NCBI GenBank assembly: GCA_034439575.1
Contig: JAWXAQ010000033.1
Coordinates: 260,967-324,966 of the forward strand
DNA from: Leptospira sp.
Lineage (GTDB): Bacteria; Spirochaetota; Leptospiria; Leptospirales; Leptospiraceae
Direction: 5' to 3'
Length of the DNA: 64,000 nt
Shown here: positions 1 to 11,037 of the stretch, piece by piece
Layout of the letters: every line of letters begins with the position of its first letter
Position numbering within the stretch: position 1 is the first letter of the stretch
Notes under the pieces: generated by a model
What the model was told of the DNA's origin: nothing
Seen by the model: only the letters and a program-made list of their open reading frames with translations
The model's database searches: none
Made by a program: the position numbers and the translations under genes

Positions 1-2
1 TT

Positions 3-491
3 ACGATTGAGCAAGTATCAAGTGCTTCAAATATGACTCGCGTTAACTTTTATCAGTATTTTACAGATAAGGAAGATTTACTGTGGAAATCATTTCAGTC
101 TATATACTTAGATGTTCAAAAAAAAGCCGAATCCTTAGACCATGTAACATTTTTGTCGGATGGAAGACCACTTACATATTATGCATTTTTGAATATCAAA
201 GAAAATAGAAAATTCTATAAACGTTTGTTTGTCGATGGTATGCCTTATGAATTTTTTACGAAAGTTGTTGATTTTATTACAAATGAGTCTTTTCGAACCC
301 ATAAAGTAATCCGTGAAAAATATAATTATCCGCGGCTTCCTTATCTATTTGTAAATCAATTTTTCAGTGGAGCCTTCATTAATATAGTTCGAAATTTACT
401 CGTCAGCGAAGAAGATTGGGATCCTTTAGAAATTTCTGAATTCTTTACAAAAATAGCTTTGAATGGAATTAATGGGATTATAGAAATATAA
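3..491 (+). CDS. TetR/AcrR family transcriptional regulator (5'-truncated by window edge)
   Basis: Frame is open from position 3: TIEQVSSASNMTRVNFYQYFTDKEDLL is the TetR helix-turn-helix, so the true start lies upstream of the window. Confidence 0.8.
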   Translation, partial: TIEQVSSASNMTRVNFYQYFTDKEDLLWKSFQSIYLDVQKKAESLDHVTFLSDGRPLTYYAFLNIKENRKFYKRLFVDGMPYEFFTKVVDFITNESFRTHKVIREKYNYPRLPYLFVNQFFSGAFINIVRNLLVSEEDWDPLEISEFFTKIALNGINGIIEI

Positions 492-584
492 ATAAAAAAA
501 TCGATCATATAAGATTAATATTTTAATCGTATTTTTTATGAATGATTGTTTCGTCTTATCCGAATTTTATATATTCTTTCAATT

Positions 585-806
585 ATGATTCTTATCGTTC
601 ATGCCAAGCCAAACTCCAAAAAACCCGGTATCCAAAAGGTGAGTGAATCGGAATGGATAGTACGCATCCAGGCTCCTGCTGTCGATGGTAAGGCAAACGC
701 GGAACTCATTGAAAGAATTGCATTAGAGTTTAATGTCGCAAAATCCAATGTGGAAATTTTAAAGGGCGGATTGGGAAAAAAAAAGAAAGTCCAAGTTCAT
801 CTTTAG
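585..806 (+). CDS. DUF167 / YggU-family small protein
   Basis: VHAKPNSKK...[26 protein letters not shown]...K.K motif; ATG at 585 fits the family length better than TTG 546. Confidence 0.85.
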   Translation: MILIVHAKPNSKKPGIQKVSESEWIVRIQAPAVDGKANAELIERIALEFNVAKSNVEILKGGLGKKKKVQVHL

Positions 807-864
807 ATTTCAATTTCAAATCCATTTTCCTCGACAACAACTCATCGACTGTAATCATATCCTT

Positions 865-1398
865 ATGGAAGCAATTCACGCTACGACGATTCTCTGTGTT
901 AGAAAAGATGGAAAAACTGCGATAGGTGGAGACGGTCAAGTTTCCATGGGACAGACGGTGATGAAACATACAGCGAGAAAAGTCAGACGCTTGTATGGTG
1001 GTAAAGTGATAGCAGGTTTTGCCGGTTCAGCGGCGGATGCATTTACATTATTCGAACTATTTGAAAAAAAATTAAATGAACATAGTGGATCTGTTTCTAG
1101 AGCTGCTGTTGAATTAGCAAGGGAATGGCGAATGGATAGAATGTTACGCCGATTGGAAGCACTTTTGATCGTATGTGACGTAGCGGATTGTTATTTAATC
1201 TCAGGAACAGGGGACGTCATTTCACCAGATGATGGAGTGCTTGCGATTGGTTCTGGCGGAAATTATGCCTTGAGTGCGGCAAGAGCTCTTGTTGAAAACA
1301 CTTCGATGACTCCAAAAGAAATTGTTACTAAAGCAATGAAAATAACCGCAGATATATGTATCTATACTAATCACAATTTGGTGATCGAGGAATTATAA
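865..1398 (+). CDS. hslV: ATP-dependent protease peptidase subunit HslV
   Basis: [10 protein letters not shown] (catalytic Thr after short propeptide), [22 protein letters not shown]. Confidence 0.97.
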   Translation: MEAIHATTILCVRKDGKTAIGGDGQVSMGQTVMKHTARKVRRLYGGKVIAGFAGSAADAFTLFELFEKKLNEHSGSVSRAAVELAREWRMDRMLRRLEALLIVCDVADCYLISGTGDVISPDDGVLAIGSGGNYALSAARALVENTSMTPKEIVTKAMKITADICIYTNHNLVIEEL

Positions 1399-1403
1399 AT
1401 TTT

Positions 1404-2831
1404 ATGGAAATCAAAGAAGTTTTGGCGGAAGCTGTTAGTGAAGAAAAAGATTTTTTAGAGCTTGAAGAGCTCACTCCGAAAGAAATCGTGATGCGCCTCG
1501 ATGAATACATTGTTGGACAAAAAAATGCAAAAAAAGCAGTGGCAGTGGCACTTCGAAATCGCACACGTCGTAGAAAACTTCCCGAAGAAATGCGTGAAGA
1601 AATATACCCAAAAAATATCATTATGATAGGGCCAACGGGCGTCGGTAAAACTGAAATTGCCCGCCGATTATCAAAGTTATGTGGTGCACCATTTCTAAAA
1701 GTAGAGGCCACCAAATACACAGAAGTTGGTTATGTGGGAAGAGACGTTGAATCTATGGTGAGAGATTTGGCCACTATTTCATTGAATTTAGTTAAAGCTG
1801 AATTTCGTGAAAGAGTAAAAGAAAAGGCACAACATCGTGCCGAAGAAGTCATACTTGATATCATTCTTCCTCCGATTTTTTCCAAAAAAGAAGAAGAATT
1901 AAATTTAGAGGAAAGAGAAAGATTCCAAAGTTATAAAGAATCGCGTGAAAAATTTAGAGATAAATTACGTGAAGGAAAACTGGATAACCAAGAAATAGAA
2001 ATCGATATCCCTAAACCTAGTGCTCCTACCGGAATGCCCATGTTACAAGTGTTTGGTGCTGGAAATATGGAAGAGATGGACAATCAAATTCAGAATTTAC
2101 TTGGTGATTTAATGCCGAAAAAACAAGGCAAAAGAAAAGTAAAAATAATCGATGCTAAAAAGTTAGCTATCGAAAGTGAATCTGAAAAACTAATTGATAA
2201 TGAAAAGATCCAAGCTGAGGCTGTTAGGCGAGCAGAAAATATGGGAATTATATTCCTAGATGAAATTGATAAGATAGCTGGCCGCGAAGGAAGGCAAGGT
2301 GCGGATGTTTCGAGAGAAGGAGTCCAAAGGGATCTATTGCCGATTGTGGAAGGCTCAACTGTATCAACAAAAATTGGTCCATTAAAAACAGATCATATAC
2401 TTTTTATCGCGGCGGGTGCCTTTCATATGTCAAAGCCATCTGATTTGATACCAGAATTACAAGGTAGATTTCCAATTCGTGTGGAACTAGAAACATTAAC
2501 ACGAGAAGATTTTGTAAAAATACTTTCTACACCGAAATCATCACTCACCAAACAGTATGAAGCTCTTCTTGCCACAGAAGGAGTTACTTTAAATTTTTTG
2601 ACGGATGGCATAGACGAAATTGCAAATCTTGCTTTCGAAATGAATGAAAAAAATGAAAATATAGGTGCCAGACGATTGAATACAATTATGGAAAAGTTGT
2701 TAGAAGATACAAGTTTTGATGCGCCAGATCTTCCCGAAGACAAAAGAAAAATAGAAATTGGAAGAGATTTTGTACAAGGAAAATTGAAAGGGATTATTGA
2801 AGATAAAGATCTCAGCCGATTTATTTTATAA
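1404..2831 (+). CDS. hslU: ATP-dependent protease ATPase subunit HslU
   Basis: [49 protein letters not shown]-terminal DLSRFIL; follows hslV. Confidence 0.97.
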   Translation: MEIKEVLAEAVSEEKDFLELEELTPKEIVMRLDEYIVGQKNAKKAVAVALRNRTRRRKLPEEMREEIYPKNIIMIGPTGVGKTEIARRLSKLCGAPFLKVEATKYTEVGYVGRDVESMVRDLATISLNLVKAEFRERVKEKAQHRAEEVILDIILPPIFSKKEEELNLEERERFQSYKESREKFRDKLREGKLDNQEIEIDIPKPSAPTGMPMLQVFGAGNMEEMDNQIQNLLGDLMPKKQGKRKVKIIDAKKLAIESESEKLIDNEKIQAEAVRRAENMGIIFLDEIDKIAGREGRQGADVSREGVQRDLLPIVEGSTVSTKIGPLKTDHILFIAAGAFHMSKPSDLIPELQGRFPIRVELETLTREDFVKILSTPKSSLTKQYEALLATEGVTLNFLTDGIDEIANLAFEMNEKNENIGARRLNTIMEKLLEDTSFDAPDLPEDKRKIEIGRDFVQGKLKGIIEDKDLSRFIL

Positions 2832-4685
2832 TTCGATCAGGTTTACCCTTTCTAGCCCTCGCAGTGAATTGCCCACTAAAATCATATCGCAGTGGGCCAA
2901 TTCGTTTATGTTTATATTTTTTTCTCTGAGCCATCTTTTATCTAAGAGTTTTTGCCTGAGTGTCCCAGGCAAACCTCCCTTAGTAAGAGTCGGTGTGTAC
3001 CAATTGTCCTTTATCTTATAAAAAATATTTCTAAAACAAGTTTCAGAAATATTTCCATCTGCATCACAGAGAATCATATCTTCAAATCCTTCTTTTGATC
3101 CCAAGGTTAAGATATTTGTATAAAAATCTCTAATCGTTGTTTTGTGGTAAAGGAATGGATTGGATAATTCCAAACTTTGATTTGCAATTCCTAGATTTAC
3201 TTTTCTATTTTTTCCCGTTCGAGTGAAATCATAAGACTCTGCACGGAAATCGCCTTTTGCATTGAGAAGCAATCGTATGCGTAGTAAGCCAGATGCGACA
3301 TTTGCAATAGAATCCAATGTTTCCAGTGCCTTATGTCTATCAAAAGGGTATAAAAATCTTTCACTGGATTTTTCCATACGATCCAAATGATAATTTAAAA
3401 ATGAATACCTTCCAGAGTAAAAGCGAATTGTTTCTAAAATTTCAAAATCAGGAATATCGGGGCTATTTAAAAATGCCAGTTTTGATAAACATTCCTCATA
3501 TTCTTGTTCGGGCTTAGCTAAAATTGTGATACCACTTCCTACCGCATAATATCCGTTTAATGAATTGGAGGATTCTGATAAGCATAAAGTTCGGATGGCA
3601 ACATTTGCCTTTGATATAATTTTACCTTCCTGTTTTTCATACGTCATTATCGAGCCTGTATAAATTCCTCTATTTCTTTTTTCAAGTGTATGTAATATCT
3701 CCATAGAACTTATCTTAGGCGCACCTGTGACTGAACCCGAGGGAAATAGATTCTTGATTAAGTCATTTAAAATTATATTTGGTTTTAATTTTGCAGATAT
3801 TTCGGAAGTCATTTGCCATATAGAATCCAAAGCTTCTGTATGAAAAAGATTTTGAACCTTTACCGAACCGATTTCAGAAATTTTACCTAAATCATTCCTA
3901 AATAAATCTGTAATCATGACATTTTCTGCTTTCTCTTTTTCCGATGACATCAAACTTTCTTTGGCCTTGGTATCATCATAGAAAGAAATGCCACGTTTGA
4001 TTGTGCCTTTCATGGGTTTTGTTTTAATCTGGGGATCATCAATTTCCCAAAATATTTCTGGAGATAAAGAAAGTACAAATCCATTTTCGAAATAAAAGTA
4101 ACTCGAACACTTGGTTTTTTGTTTTCGTTTTAACTTTTGATAAAGTAAAAAAGGATTTCCCTCGGCTTCAATTAAGGCTTCAAAGGTAAAGTTCAATTCA
4201 TAACTCATTCCTTCTTTCAGATTATTTTGGCAAATATCTATTTTGTTTAAATATTCTGCCTTAGAAATCTTAGGCAAACAAACATTGATTTTAGCATCAT
4301 TTAAGTCTTGTAAGTTGGGTGGAGAATATACAATGTTATCTTTATTTTTAAAAACAAAAAAAACACAGAGTTTTGTTCCTTCTTTGATCTCACTAAGAAT
4401 TTTTCTATGGGAATCTTCGAGTAAAAAGCCTAGTTCATAATACAAACAACCAAAAATATAATAACCCTTATCTGCATATTCTTCTATTTGATTGAGAGCT
4501 GATAAATAATTGTCTTTAGTTTGAAGATAGTCTAGAGTATTTGTGACTTCTAACTTTGTCACTAAATCATAAAACCATTGGCCTTCTGTTAATCCGGAAC
4601 GAGACAGCGTATCTTCAAAGAGAAAACCCTTTTTTTGTGTATAAAGGGCATAAAATTCAGACCATGAGTAAAATTTTTCCGTGAT
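2826..4685 (-). CDS. pabB: Aminodeoxychorismate synthase component I fused to class IV aminotransferase-like (ADC lyase) domain
   Basis: [49 protein letters not shown]-terminal ETIRF..HLDRM..S, YHKTT, GLPGTLR. Frame is open to 4685 (ATC); first canonical start is GTG 4562. Confidence 0.9.
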   Translation of the reverse strand: MTEKFYSWSEFYALYTQKKGFLFEDTLSRSGLTEGQWFYDLVTKLEVTNTLDYLQTKDNYLSALNQIEEYADKGYYIFGCLYYELGFLLEDSHRKILSEIKEGTKLCVFFVFKNKDNIVYSPPNLQDLNDAKINVCLPKISKAEYLNKIDICQNNLKEGMSYELNFTFEALIEAEGNPFLLYQKLKRKQKTKCSSYFYFENGFVLSLSPEIFWEIDDPQIKTKPMKGTIKRGISFYDDTKAKESLMSSEKEKAENVMITDLFRNDLGKISEIGSVKVQNLFHTEALDSIWQMTSEISAKLKPNIILNDLIKNLFPSGSVTGAPKISSMEILHTLEKRNRGIYTGSIMTYEKQEGKIISKANVAIRTLCLSESSNSLNGYYAVGSGITILAKPEQEYEECLSKLAFLNSPDIPDFEILETIRFYSGRYSFLNYHLDRMEKSSERFLYPFDRHKALETLDSIANVASGLLRIRLLLNAKGDFRAESYDFTRTGKNRKVNLGIANQSLELSNPFLYHKTTIRDFYTNILTLGSKEGFEDMILCDADGNISETCFRNIFYKIKDNWYTPTLTKGGLPGTLRQKLLDKRWLREKNININELAHCDMILVGNSLRGLERVNLIEL

Positions 4686-5521
4686 TAATAATCCATTTTA
4701 CGAAGTGCATCTAAAGGATAACTCAAATATACGCTAGTTGCATGTTTACTTGTTTGTATATCAAAGCATTCAAGAGGGTCAAGCCCCAAATTATAATAAC
4801 CTTCATCTATCATGGCAATTCCAAAACCTGCGCTTTCTTTTTCATCCAAAAAGTCAGGCCTGAAAAATTCACCGGATTTTCCTTCCCGTGCCAGTTCGGC
4901 ATGTCGCTCACGACTTTTACGAATTCGAGTTAAATCCATACCCATGATCGGAGAATCATTTCGTAATCGAATATAAAGTTCTTTATCTCTGATTTCTATT
5001 TTGAGTGAAATTTTTAAATTTGAAGCTTTGGTTTTTTGGCGAACTGCATCTAGAAAATCCAATTCCTCTTGGGTGAGACTTTCTTTTTTAGAACGATTTT
5101 TATTGGATAAGGTGAGAATCTTTTGTACCGTCTTCTTTATTTTTTCAGGAACAATATATCTCTGCATAGCATCACGCAAAGGTTCAGTTTCTAGTATAAC
5201 ATCGAGTAGGTCTTCTGCTTCGGATTCTACCTTAGTACCAGCCGTTTTTAATTTGGAAAGAAGCTCATCTTTAAAAATCACAAAACGAGCGTTTGCCTTT
5301 ACTGCATTCAGTAGCGCTTCCATAAGTCCACTGAAGAGATGGAAAGAGGTAAGTGGATTCGCACCCACTTTATCCAGGATTCCTTGGACTGTTTCGTTGA
5401 TGATGTCCCGAGTCGACTTAGTGAGACCTTTCAATTCGAAGTGAAAGGAATTCTTTTGAAGGATGCTATCAAGATTTTGTAAAATTTCCTGACCTTTGTA
5501 TTTGATTTTGTCGTTTCCCAT
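4685..5521 (-). CDS. Hypothetical protein with split GHKL/HATPase-like motifs (anti-sigma/Ser-kinase-like)
   Basis: N-box-like LMEALLNAVKAN, IRLRNDS, G2-box-like ESAGFGIAMI; ATG 5521 preferred over 5614. Confidence 0.6.
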   Translation of the reverse strand: MGNDKIKYKGQEILQNLDSILQKNSFHFELKGLTKSTRDIINETVQGILDKVGANPLTSFHLFSGLMEALLNAVKANARFVIFKDELLSKLKTAGTKVESEAEDLLDVILETEPLRDAMQRYIVPEKIKKTVQKILTLSNKNRSKKESLTQEELDFLDAVRQKTKASNLKISLKIEIRDKELYIRLRNDSPIMGMDLTRIRKSRERHAELAREGKSGEFFRPDFLDEKESAGFGIAMIDEGYYNLGLDPLECFDIQTSKHATSVYLSYPLDALRKMDY

Positions 5522-5605
5522 TGAGTGATTCAGAACTTTTATGTTAAAAAACTGTGCAAAGTCAGTTTTGTAAACCAGTTTTCCAAAAGAGATCTCAGAG
5601 GCAAC

Positions 5606-5854
5606 ATGGAACAAAAAGAATTCTATCTTAGGACACCAGATTTAGGAGATACGGAAAAAATTGAGCTCATCCGATGGAGTTTTATCCCTGGAGATACGAT
5701 TCATGAAGGAGATGAAGTGATTGAGCTTGTGACTGATAAAGCTGCATTTCCCGTTGAATCGCCTTTTAATGGTATACTAAAAGAAATACGTGTCCCTGCA
5801 GGTTCACAAGTCTTGAAAGGAGATATATTAGGAGTGCTTGAAATTACAGAATGA
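5606..5854 (+). CDS. Stand-alone lipoyl/biotinyl attachment domain protein
   Basis: PDLG...W...GD.I.EGD.VIELVTDKA...VESP..G.L: lipoyl-Lys DKA motif; GAGG SD upstream of ATG 5606. Confidence 0.85.
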   Translation: MEQKEFYLRTPDLGDTEKIELIRWSFIPGDTIHEGDEVIELVTDKAAFPVESPFNGILKEIRVPAGSQVLKGDILGVLEITE

Positions 5855-6726
5855 AAATCATTCATATTTCCGATTTACACTTTCCAACTCAGATTCCTAT
5901 TTTTAAACTCCGAGGAAAATCTATCATAGGATACGCTAACTATTTTCTAAGACGTAGAAAAAAACATGCCCTCGGTCTCATTCATTCCTTAATTTCAGAA
6001 ATTAGTAATATGGAATATGATGTCCTTATCATATCTGGTGATTTGACAAACGTTGCAGTGGAAGAAGAATTTAAATCAGCAAAAGAATGGTTACTTCCCA
6101 TACTTGACGATAGAACTTTTATCATTCCCGGCAATCACGATCGTTATAAAAAAGAATCCATACACCCAGAGCCTCTATTTGAAAAATACTTTGAACCATA
6201 CATTGGCGAATCATTGTCCGAAAAATTTTATCTACGCAGGAAAATCATTTCAGGTAAAACTTTGATAGGATGGGATTCCAACAAACCTCTACCAATTGCA
6301 AAAGCGAATGGTTTTATTCCTGAAGAAGTTGTGGTCGAAACACAAAAAATAACAGGTGATGAATACATATTAGTGTGTCATCATCCGATTTGGAATCCTG
6401 GCCATTATGTTGAATCTAACGGACATAAGATGGTGAATCGAAAACAAATCACTACTCTTATCAATAAAAAACCACCGATACTATATTTTCATGGCCATTC
6501 TCATTCCAATTGGATCAAAAAACCTGGCATACAAATTCCCTACCATGTGATCAATTCAGCATCGAGTACAAGGCTTGCAGATTTACATCATGCCAGTGGT
6601 TTTCACATTGTGGACGTTAGTGAGTCTGGAAATGTGGATATAAAGCGCATGTCATTTCATATGATTTCAAAGACTTTTACGGAAACAGATCTTCTTATTT
6701 ATGAAGAAGAATCTGGCCAAATATAG
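5851..6726 (+). CDS. Calcineurin-like metallophosphoesterase
   Basis: HISDLH, SGDLT, PGNHD, CHHP, HGHSH motifs; ATGA overlap with upstream gene. Confidence 0.9.
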   Translation: MKIIHISDLHFPTQIPIFKLRGKSIIGYANYFLRRRKKHALGLIHSLISEISNMEYDVLIISGDLTNVAVEEEFKSAKEWLLPILDDRTFIIPGNHDRYKKESIHPEPLFEKYFEPYIGESLSEKFYLRRKIISGKTLIGWDSNKPLPIAKANGFIPEEVVVETQKITGDEYILVCHHPIWNPGHYVESNGHKMVNRKQITTLINKKPPILYFHGHSHSNWIKKPGIQIPYHVINSASSTRLADLHHASGFHIVDVSESGNVDIKRMSFHMISKTFTETDLLIYEEESGQI

Positions 6727-6743
6727 CGAATACAGGAAATTCA

Positions 6744-7796
6744 ATGTCAAATCAAAAAATCGATTTATCCCTTATCCAAAGACAGTTGATGCAGGTAAAA
6801 CACCCTGAACTGAAAAAAGATATCGTGAGTCTCGGCATGGTATCGAAAGTAGAGCCGAATGAAGAAGGCATAGAAATCACTATTAAAACGCCTAATAATG
6901 ACAGACGTTTGCAGATCGGTTTAGAAGCACAAACAAGACAATTGATATCTAAATTAGAAACTGTCGGAAAGGTAAAAATAAAATTCGAAGTTGACCAGGC
7001 CATGAAAATGGAAGATGGCAACCACATACCAGGTGTTAAAAAAGTCATCGCCATTGGGTCTGGAAAAGGTGGCGTCGGAAAATCCACTGTCACGGCTAAC
7101 ATCGCAGCTAGTCTTGTAAAAGCTGGAAAAAAAGTCGGTATCATGGATGCCGATATTTATGGACCATCTCTTGGAAAAATGTTTGGTGTCAATGGCCGAG
7201 TCGCATTAAAATCAGAAGGCGATAAAATTTATCCTTTGGAAAAACACGGAATCAAATTGATCTCCTTCTCATTTTTAGTCAACGATGACCAACCTGTTGT
7301 TTGGCGAGGACCTATGCTCGGCAAAGCCATTGAACAATTCTTATACGATGTAGTCTGGGGAGAACTTGATTATTTGCTCATAGATCTTCCTCCAGGAACG
7401 GGAGATGTTCAGTTATCTCTTGCCCAATTGGTAGATCTTGATGGTGCCGTGATTGTCACAACTCCGCAAGATGTCGCCGTATTGGATGCAGGTAGAGCTG
7501 CTGGAATGTTCAAACAAGTTAAGGTTCCCATCCTTGGAATTGTTGAAAATATGTCAGGCTTTGCTTGTCCCAAGTGTGGTCATGTAACGGATGTTTTTTC
7601 CAAAGGTGGCGGGGGCAAATTGGCAACTCAAATCGGAGTTCCCGAACTTGGTCAGGTGCCTTTAACTGAAGACATTATGAAATCGGGAGATTCGGGTATG
7701 CCTGCAGTTTTTGCCGAATCAAAAGGCAATTTAGTAGAATCTTACGCTAAAATCATTGTAAATTTAGAAGCCCAATTGGCTCTTTTTGCGGATTAA
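6744..7796 (+). CDS. apbC: Mrp/NBP35 family Fe-S cluster carrier ATPase
   Basis: [45 protein letters not shown]. Confidence 0.95.
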   Translation: MSNQKIDLSLIQRQLMQVKHPELKKDIVSLGMVSKVEPNEEGIEITIKTPNNDRRLQIGLEAQTRQLISKLETVGKVKIKFEVDQAMKMEDGNHIPGVKKVIAIGSGKGGVGKSTVTANIAASLVKAGKKVGIMDADIYGPSLGKMFGVNGRVALKSEGDKIYPLEKHGIKLISFSFLVNDDQPVVWRGPMLGKAIEQFLYDVVWGELDYLLIDLPPGTGDVQLSLAQLVDLDGAVIVTTPQDVAVLDAGRAAGMFKQVKVPILGIVENMSGFACPKCGHVTDVFSKGGGGKLATQIGVPELGQVPLTEDIMKSGDSGMPAVFAESKGNLVESYAKIIVNLEAQLALFAD

Positions 7797-7847
7797 AAAT
7801 CACTTGTTTCTTCGTAAGTATAGAATAGTCTAATCCATGGAAGCATT

Positions 7848-8543
7848 ATGAACTTTGAAAGAGGCTCGAAACCAAATCCTACTGGCAATCTGATTGCCTA
7901 TTGCCATGTATTTGGCGAAAATCCGATTGCCCCTGGTGGCAAAATTATCGCATCAAATGTCGTCGTGAGTTTTCTAAAAATTGGTGATAACTTTCCTGTT
8001 GTTACTTTTCCACCAGTTGCACTTTCTTCTAAGGATGAGCTGTTAAAAATTCTTTCCGAAAATATTCATCTCTATGATGTAGTTCAACTTCCTGACTTCC
8101 AAATGCCAGATAATAAAGAGCAGGGTAATCAATACATTCAAGAACGTATGGAACAGTTCAATGCTATGGTTATGCGTTATGTGGAGTTCTGTAAGGCCAA
8201 AGAAAAAAAACAAGCAAACCAACCTAGTGATAGAATGGAAGGTTTGAACGAATCTCTGGAAGCTCTGGCAAATCTATCCTTAGAGTTTAGAAGTAGTTCT
8301 GGAATTGCGAGAGAAGCTACAAGATTGAAAATGGATCGTATAGTCGATTATTTTCAAAATCATCATCCTCAACTTGATATCAATAATTTCAAAAAGGCAT
8401 TGGCTTTTCCTGGGAAATTAGGAGATGAATTAGTGAGTCTTTATATTCAAAAATTCAATGCCATTCAAATTGAAAAGTATGAAGATGCCTCCGATTTGAG
8501 ACGTAGGATTCTCGCCATTGAATCCATGTCCCCCCAAGCCTAA
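7848..8543 (+). CDS. Conserved-looking hypothetical protein with C-terminal UVR (UvrB/UvrC) motif
   Basis: 231-aa ORF; C-terminal [17 protein letters not shown] matches UVR coiled-coil pattern. Confidence 0.65.
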   Translation: MNFERGSKPNPTGNLIAYCHVFGENPIAPGGKIIASNVVVSFLKIGDNFPVVTFPPVALSSKDELLKILSENIHLYDVVQLPDFQMPDNKEQGNQYIQERMEQFNAMVMRYVEFCKAKEKKQANQPSDRMEGLNESLEALANLSLEFRSSSGIAREATRLKMDRIVDYFQNHHPQLDINNFKKALAFPGKLGDELVSLYIQKFNAIQIEKYEDASDLRRRILAIESMSPQA

Positions 8544-8590
8544 TACTTTATCTATAATTGATTGACAAACTATTCCGTGATGATAGATTC

Positions 8591-9004
8591 ATGTCCTTAA
8601 GATTTCCTGTGTCCATTGAAAAGAACCAAGCTTTGCTTCAGAAAATGAAGGAGCTTGAGATTTTAGAAATTCATTTGAAAGAAGTGTTCACTAAGTCCGG
8701 CGGTAAAGGTGGACAAAATGTGAATAAAGTTTCGACTGCTGTTTTATTAGTTCATATTCCTTCGGGAATTTCAGTAAAGTGCTCTGTTTATCGAACTCAA
8801 GGTTTAAATCGATATAAGGCTAGGGCTATCCTATGTGAAAAATTCGCCGAATGGAAGTTTGGTGTTAAAAATAGTAAAAGAGATTTAGAAAGAAAGCGCA
8901 TTATTAAATCAAAGAAAGATAAGTTAAGAAAATCAAAATCGAGTAAAGCATCGGATGAGAATAAAGCAGAGGAAAATAATTCCTCTCTTGGGATGGAAAA
9001 TTGA
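8591..9004 (+). CDS. arfB: Peptidyl-tRNA hydrolase / alternative ribosome rescue factor (ArfB/YaeJ-like)
   Basis: FTKSGGKGGQNVNKVSTAV (GGQ), R.Q..NR..AR, basic C-terminal tail, no codon-recognition domain. Confidence 0.8.
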   Translation: MSLRFPVSIEKNQALLQKMKELEILEIHLKEVFTKSGGKGGQNVNKVSTAVLLVHIPSGISVKCSVYRTQGLNRYKARAILCEKFAEWKFGVKNSKRDLERKRIIKSKKDKLRKSKSSKASDENKAEENNSSLGMEN

Positions 9005-10938
9005 AAGTAGCTCCGTATTATGTTTTATTAAAAAGACTATTTTACATTTTTTATTTATGTTTATTCATTAGTTGTAATCATTCCTTCCTTCCATTCCAAG
9101 CAAATGAATGGAAATCTGATTGGGAAATGCGATGGATGCCTTTTTCCGAAATTCATTCTGTTTTTACAGCGAGTACAGAAAGCGTAAAGGAATATCTTCC
9201 ATATAACATTCCTTATATCTCTATGGAAAAAAATCAGAATCGAATATTGATTGCGAGAAGAAAAATTACAAATATATCAAATATTTCTTCTCCATCTTTG
9301 TATATTCGGGGTGGAGGACAAATTTTATCCATATATGTGGAAGACAAAAAATTAAGTGAACAATATAAAATCGAAGAATTATCAAATGAAAATGGCTTAA
9401 AATTTACTAAACTAACATACAATACGCGCTATTTTCCAGTGATCAACCTAGACCCTTTGGATGAAGGGAAGTATCTATATATTTTATTTTATTCGGAGAA
9501 AAATTTCCCCATAGGTTTTTCTGAAACTCCACTACTCGCGGATCAAACAGAAAACTATAAGGCACTGGTCAATCGCAATCAATCATTTGCTGGGCTTGGT
9601 TTTTTCTTTTTGGTCTTAGGCGTTTTTTCTAGTTATCTGTATTTAAGAAGAAAGAAAAAAGCCATCATCGCATTTACCATTTTCTCTTTGTTATCTGGTA
9701 TCCACTTTATGGCTCAGGTAGGATTTTGGGGATATTTCTGGTACAATTATTTTCATTTAAATTTTTATATATTTGTAATCACTCTTTTTTCCATACCAGT
9801 ATCCGGATTATATTTTTTTGACAAACTATTTGGCGTGGGTCGTTGGAACATCATACGTATGTTATGGCAGTTCCAATTGATTTTTAGCATTGGTATTCTG
9901 ACCTTATCTTTTTTTGAGGCGATAACATATACAATAGCATTTGTTACATTTTTCTGGGTAGCGATTCCTGCACTTATTTTACAAGTGTTTGTTGCTTGTG
10001 CAGAATACTTTTCAGGCAAACCTAGAGCTTGGCTTTTGATTCTTGGCAGTATGTGCCTATTATTATTTAATTTGCACGATATACTTGCGACTATGGGAAA
10101 AATTGACTCACTCGTCCGCCTTTCCCCATGGGGCTTTTTCCTGTTTGTGTTATCACTTTCACTTTATGGCGAAGAAATTTTCAGAAATTCGGAAGTCAAA
10201 TACGCCGCCTTACAAAAAGAAATCGTCACTGCATCTCGTATTCAAAATGCCATTCTTCCACCAAATCCACCCAAATGGGAAAATTTCGAAATTGCTGTTT
10301 ATTACCAACCTTCTCATGAAGTAGGGGGAGATTTTTATGACTTCCAAGCTCTTGGAAATAAAAAATATGGAATATTGATAGCAGATGTCGTTGGACATGG
10401 ATTAGGTGCCTCTATCATTGCCTCCTTATCAAAATTTTCTTTTTTCCAAAACCATACCCATTGGAAAAATCCTTCCTTTTTATTATCATCAATGAACGAT
10501 GATTTGGTGAAAAGATCCCAAGGAAGATTTACTACAGCTTCGTATTTTTACATTGATTTAGAAAAAATGAAATACATTGTCTCTAGTGCAGGTCACCCAT
10601 CTTTTTTTCATTATAAAAAAGATAAGGGAGTAGTTTCCGAAATTAAACCAAAAGGCCGTCCTCTCGGAATATTAGAAGATTTGATTTTTATGGAAGAAGA
10701 ACATCCCATCTCACCCGGGGACCAATTTTTATTGTACACCGATGGTTTACCTGAAGAGATGGGACCTGGAAATGAAGAATTTGGAACGGATGCTCTAAAA
10801 GAACTTTTCCAATTGAATGCTGGACTATCACCAGAAGTAGCCCTCAAAAAAATTCTAGAAAGTTTTCATTTGAAAGTAGGGTTACTCGGAGCACCTCACG
10901 ACGATATTACGATGTTGTATGTTTCGGTAAAGGGGTAA
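9001..10938 (+). CDS. Membrane sensor PP2C/SpoIIE (RsbU-like) phosphatase with periplasmic domain and ~7 TM helices
   Basis: ASRIQ.AILP, VGGDFYD, IADVVGHG, SAGHP, LYTDGL, DDIT; hydrophobic 7TM block. Confidence 0.9.
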   Translation: MKVAPYYVLLKRLFYIFYLCLFISCNHSFLPFQANEWKSDWEMRWMPFSEIHSVFTASTESVKEYLPYNIPYISMEKNQNRILIARRKITNISNISSPSLYIRGGGQILSIYVEDKKLSEQYKIEELSNENGLKFTKLTYNTRYFPVINLDPLDEGKYLYILFYSEKNFPIGFSETPLLADQTENYKALVNRNQSFAGLGFFFLVLGVFSSYLYLRRKKKAIIAFTIFSLLSGIHFMAQVGFWGYFWYNYFHLNFYIFVITLFSIPVSGLYFFDKLFGVGRWNIIRMLWQFQLIFSIGILTLSFFEAITYTIAFVTFFWVAIPALILQVFVACAEYFSGKPRAWLLILGSMCLLLFNLHDILATMGKIDSLVRLSPWGFFLFVLSLSLYGEEIFRNSEVKYAALQKEIVTASRIQNAILPPNPPKWENFEIAVYYQPSHEVGGDFYDFQALGNKKYGILIADVVGHGLGASIIASLSKFSFFQNHTHWKNPSFLLSSMNDDLVKRSQGRFTTASYFYIDLEKMKYIVSSAGHPSFFHYKKDKGVVSEIKPKGRPLGILEDLIFMEEEHPISPGDQFLLYTDGLPEEMGPGNEEFGTDALKELFQLNAGLSPEVALKKILESFHLKVGLLGAPHDDITMLYVSVKG

Positions 10939-10941
10939 AGT

Positions 10942-11037
10942 GCAAACCTTGTTCCCTTCTCCCTTCCCTCTCACCTCCGTGTTCGAAGGAAGGACTCCGA
11001 CATCCATGTCTCCGTTACCGATGGAAACAAGGTTTGC
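10942..11037. repeat. ~96-nt structured palindromic element (REP/MITE-like) with internal hairpins
   Basis: Terminal arms GCAAACCTTGTTCCC (10942-56) / GGAAACAAGGTTTGC (11023-37), 14/15 complementary; internal CCTTCC..GGAAGG hairpin and GACATCCATGTC palindrome (10999-11010). Confidence 0.65.

Noticed and set aside
8558-9004. GGQ protein as a frameshifted prfB or truncated RF1/RF2
   Set aside because: No SPF/PxT domain or CTTTGA shift site; size and basic tail fit ArfB
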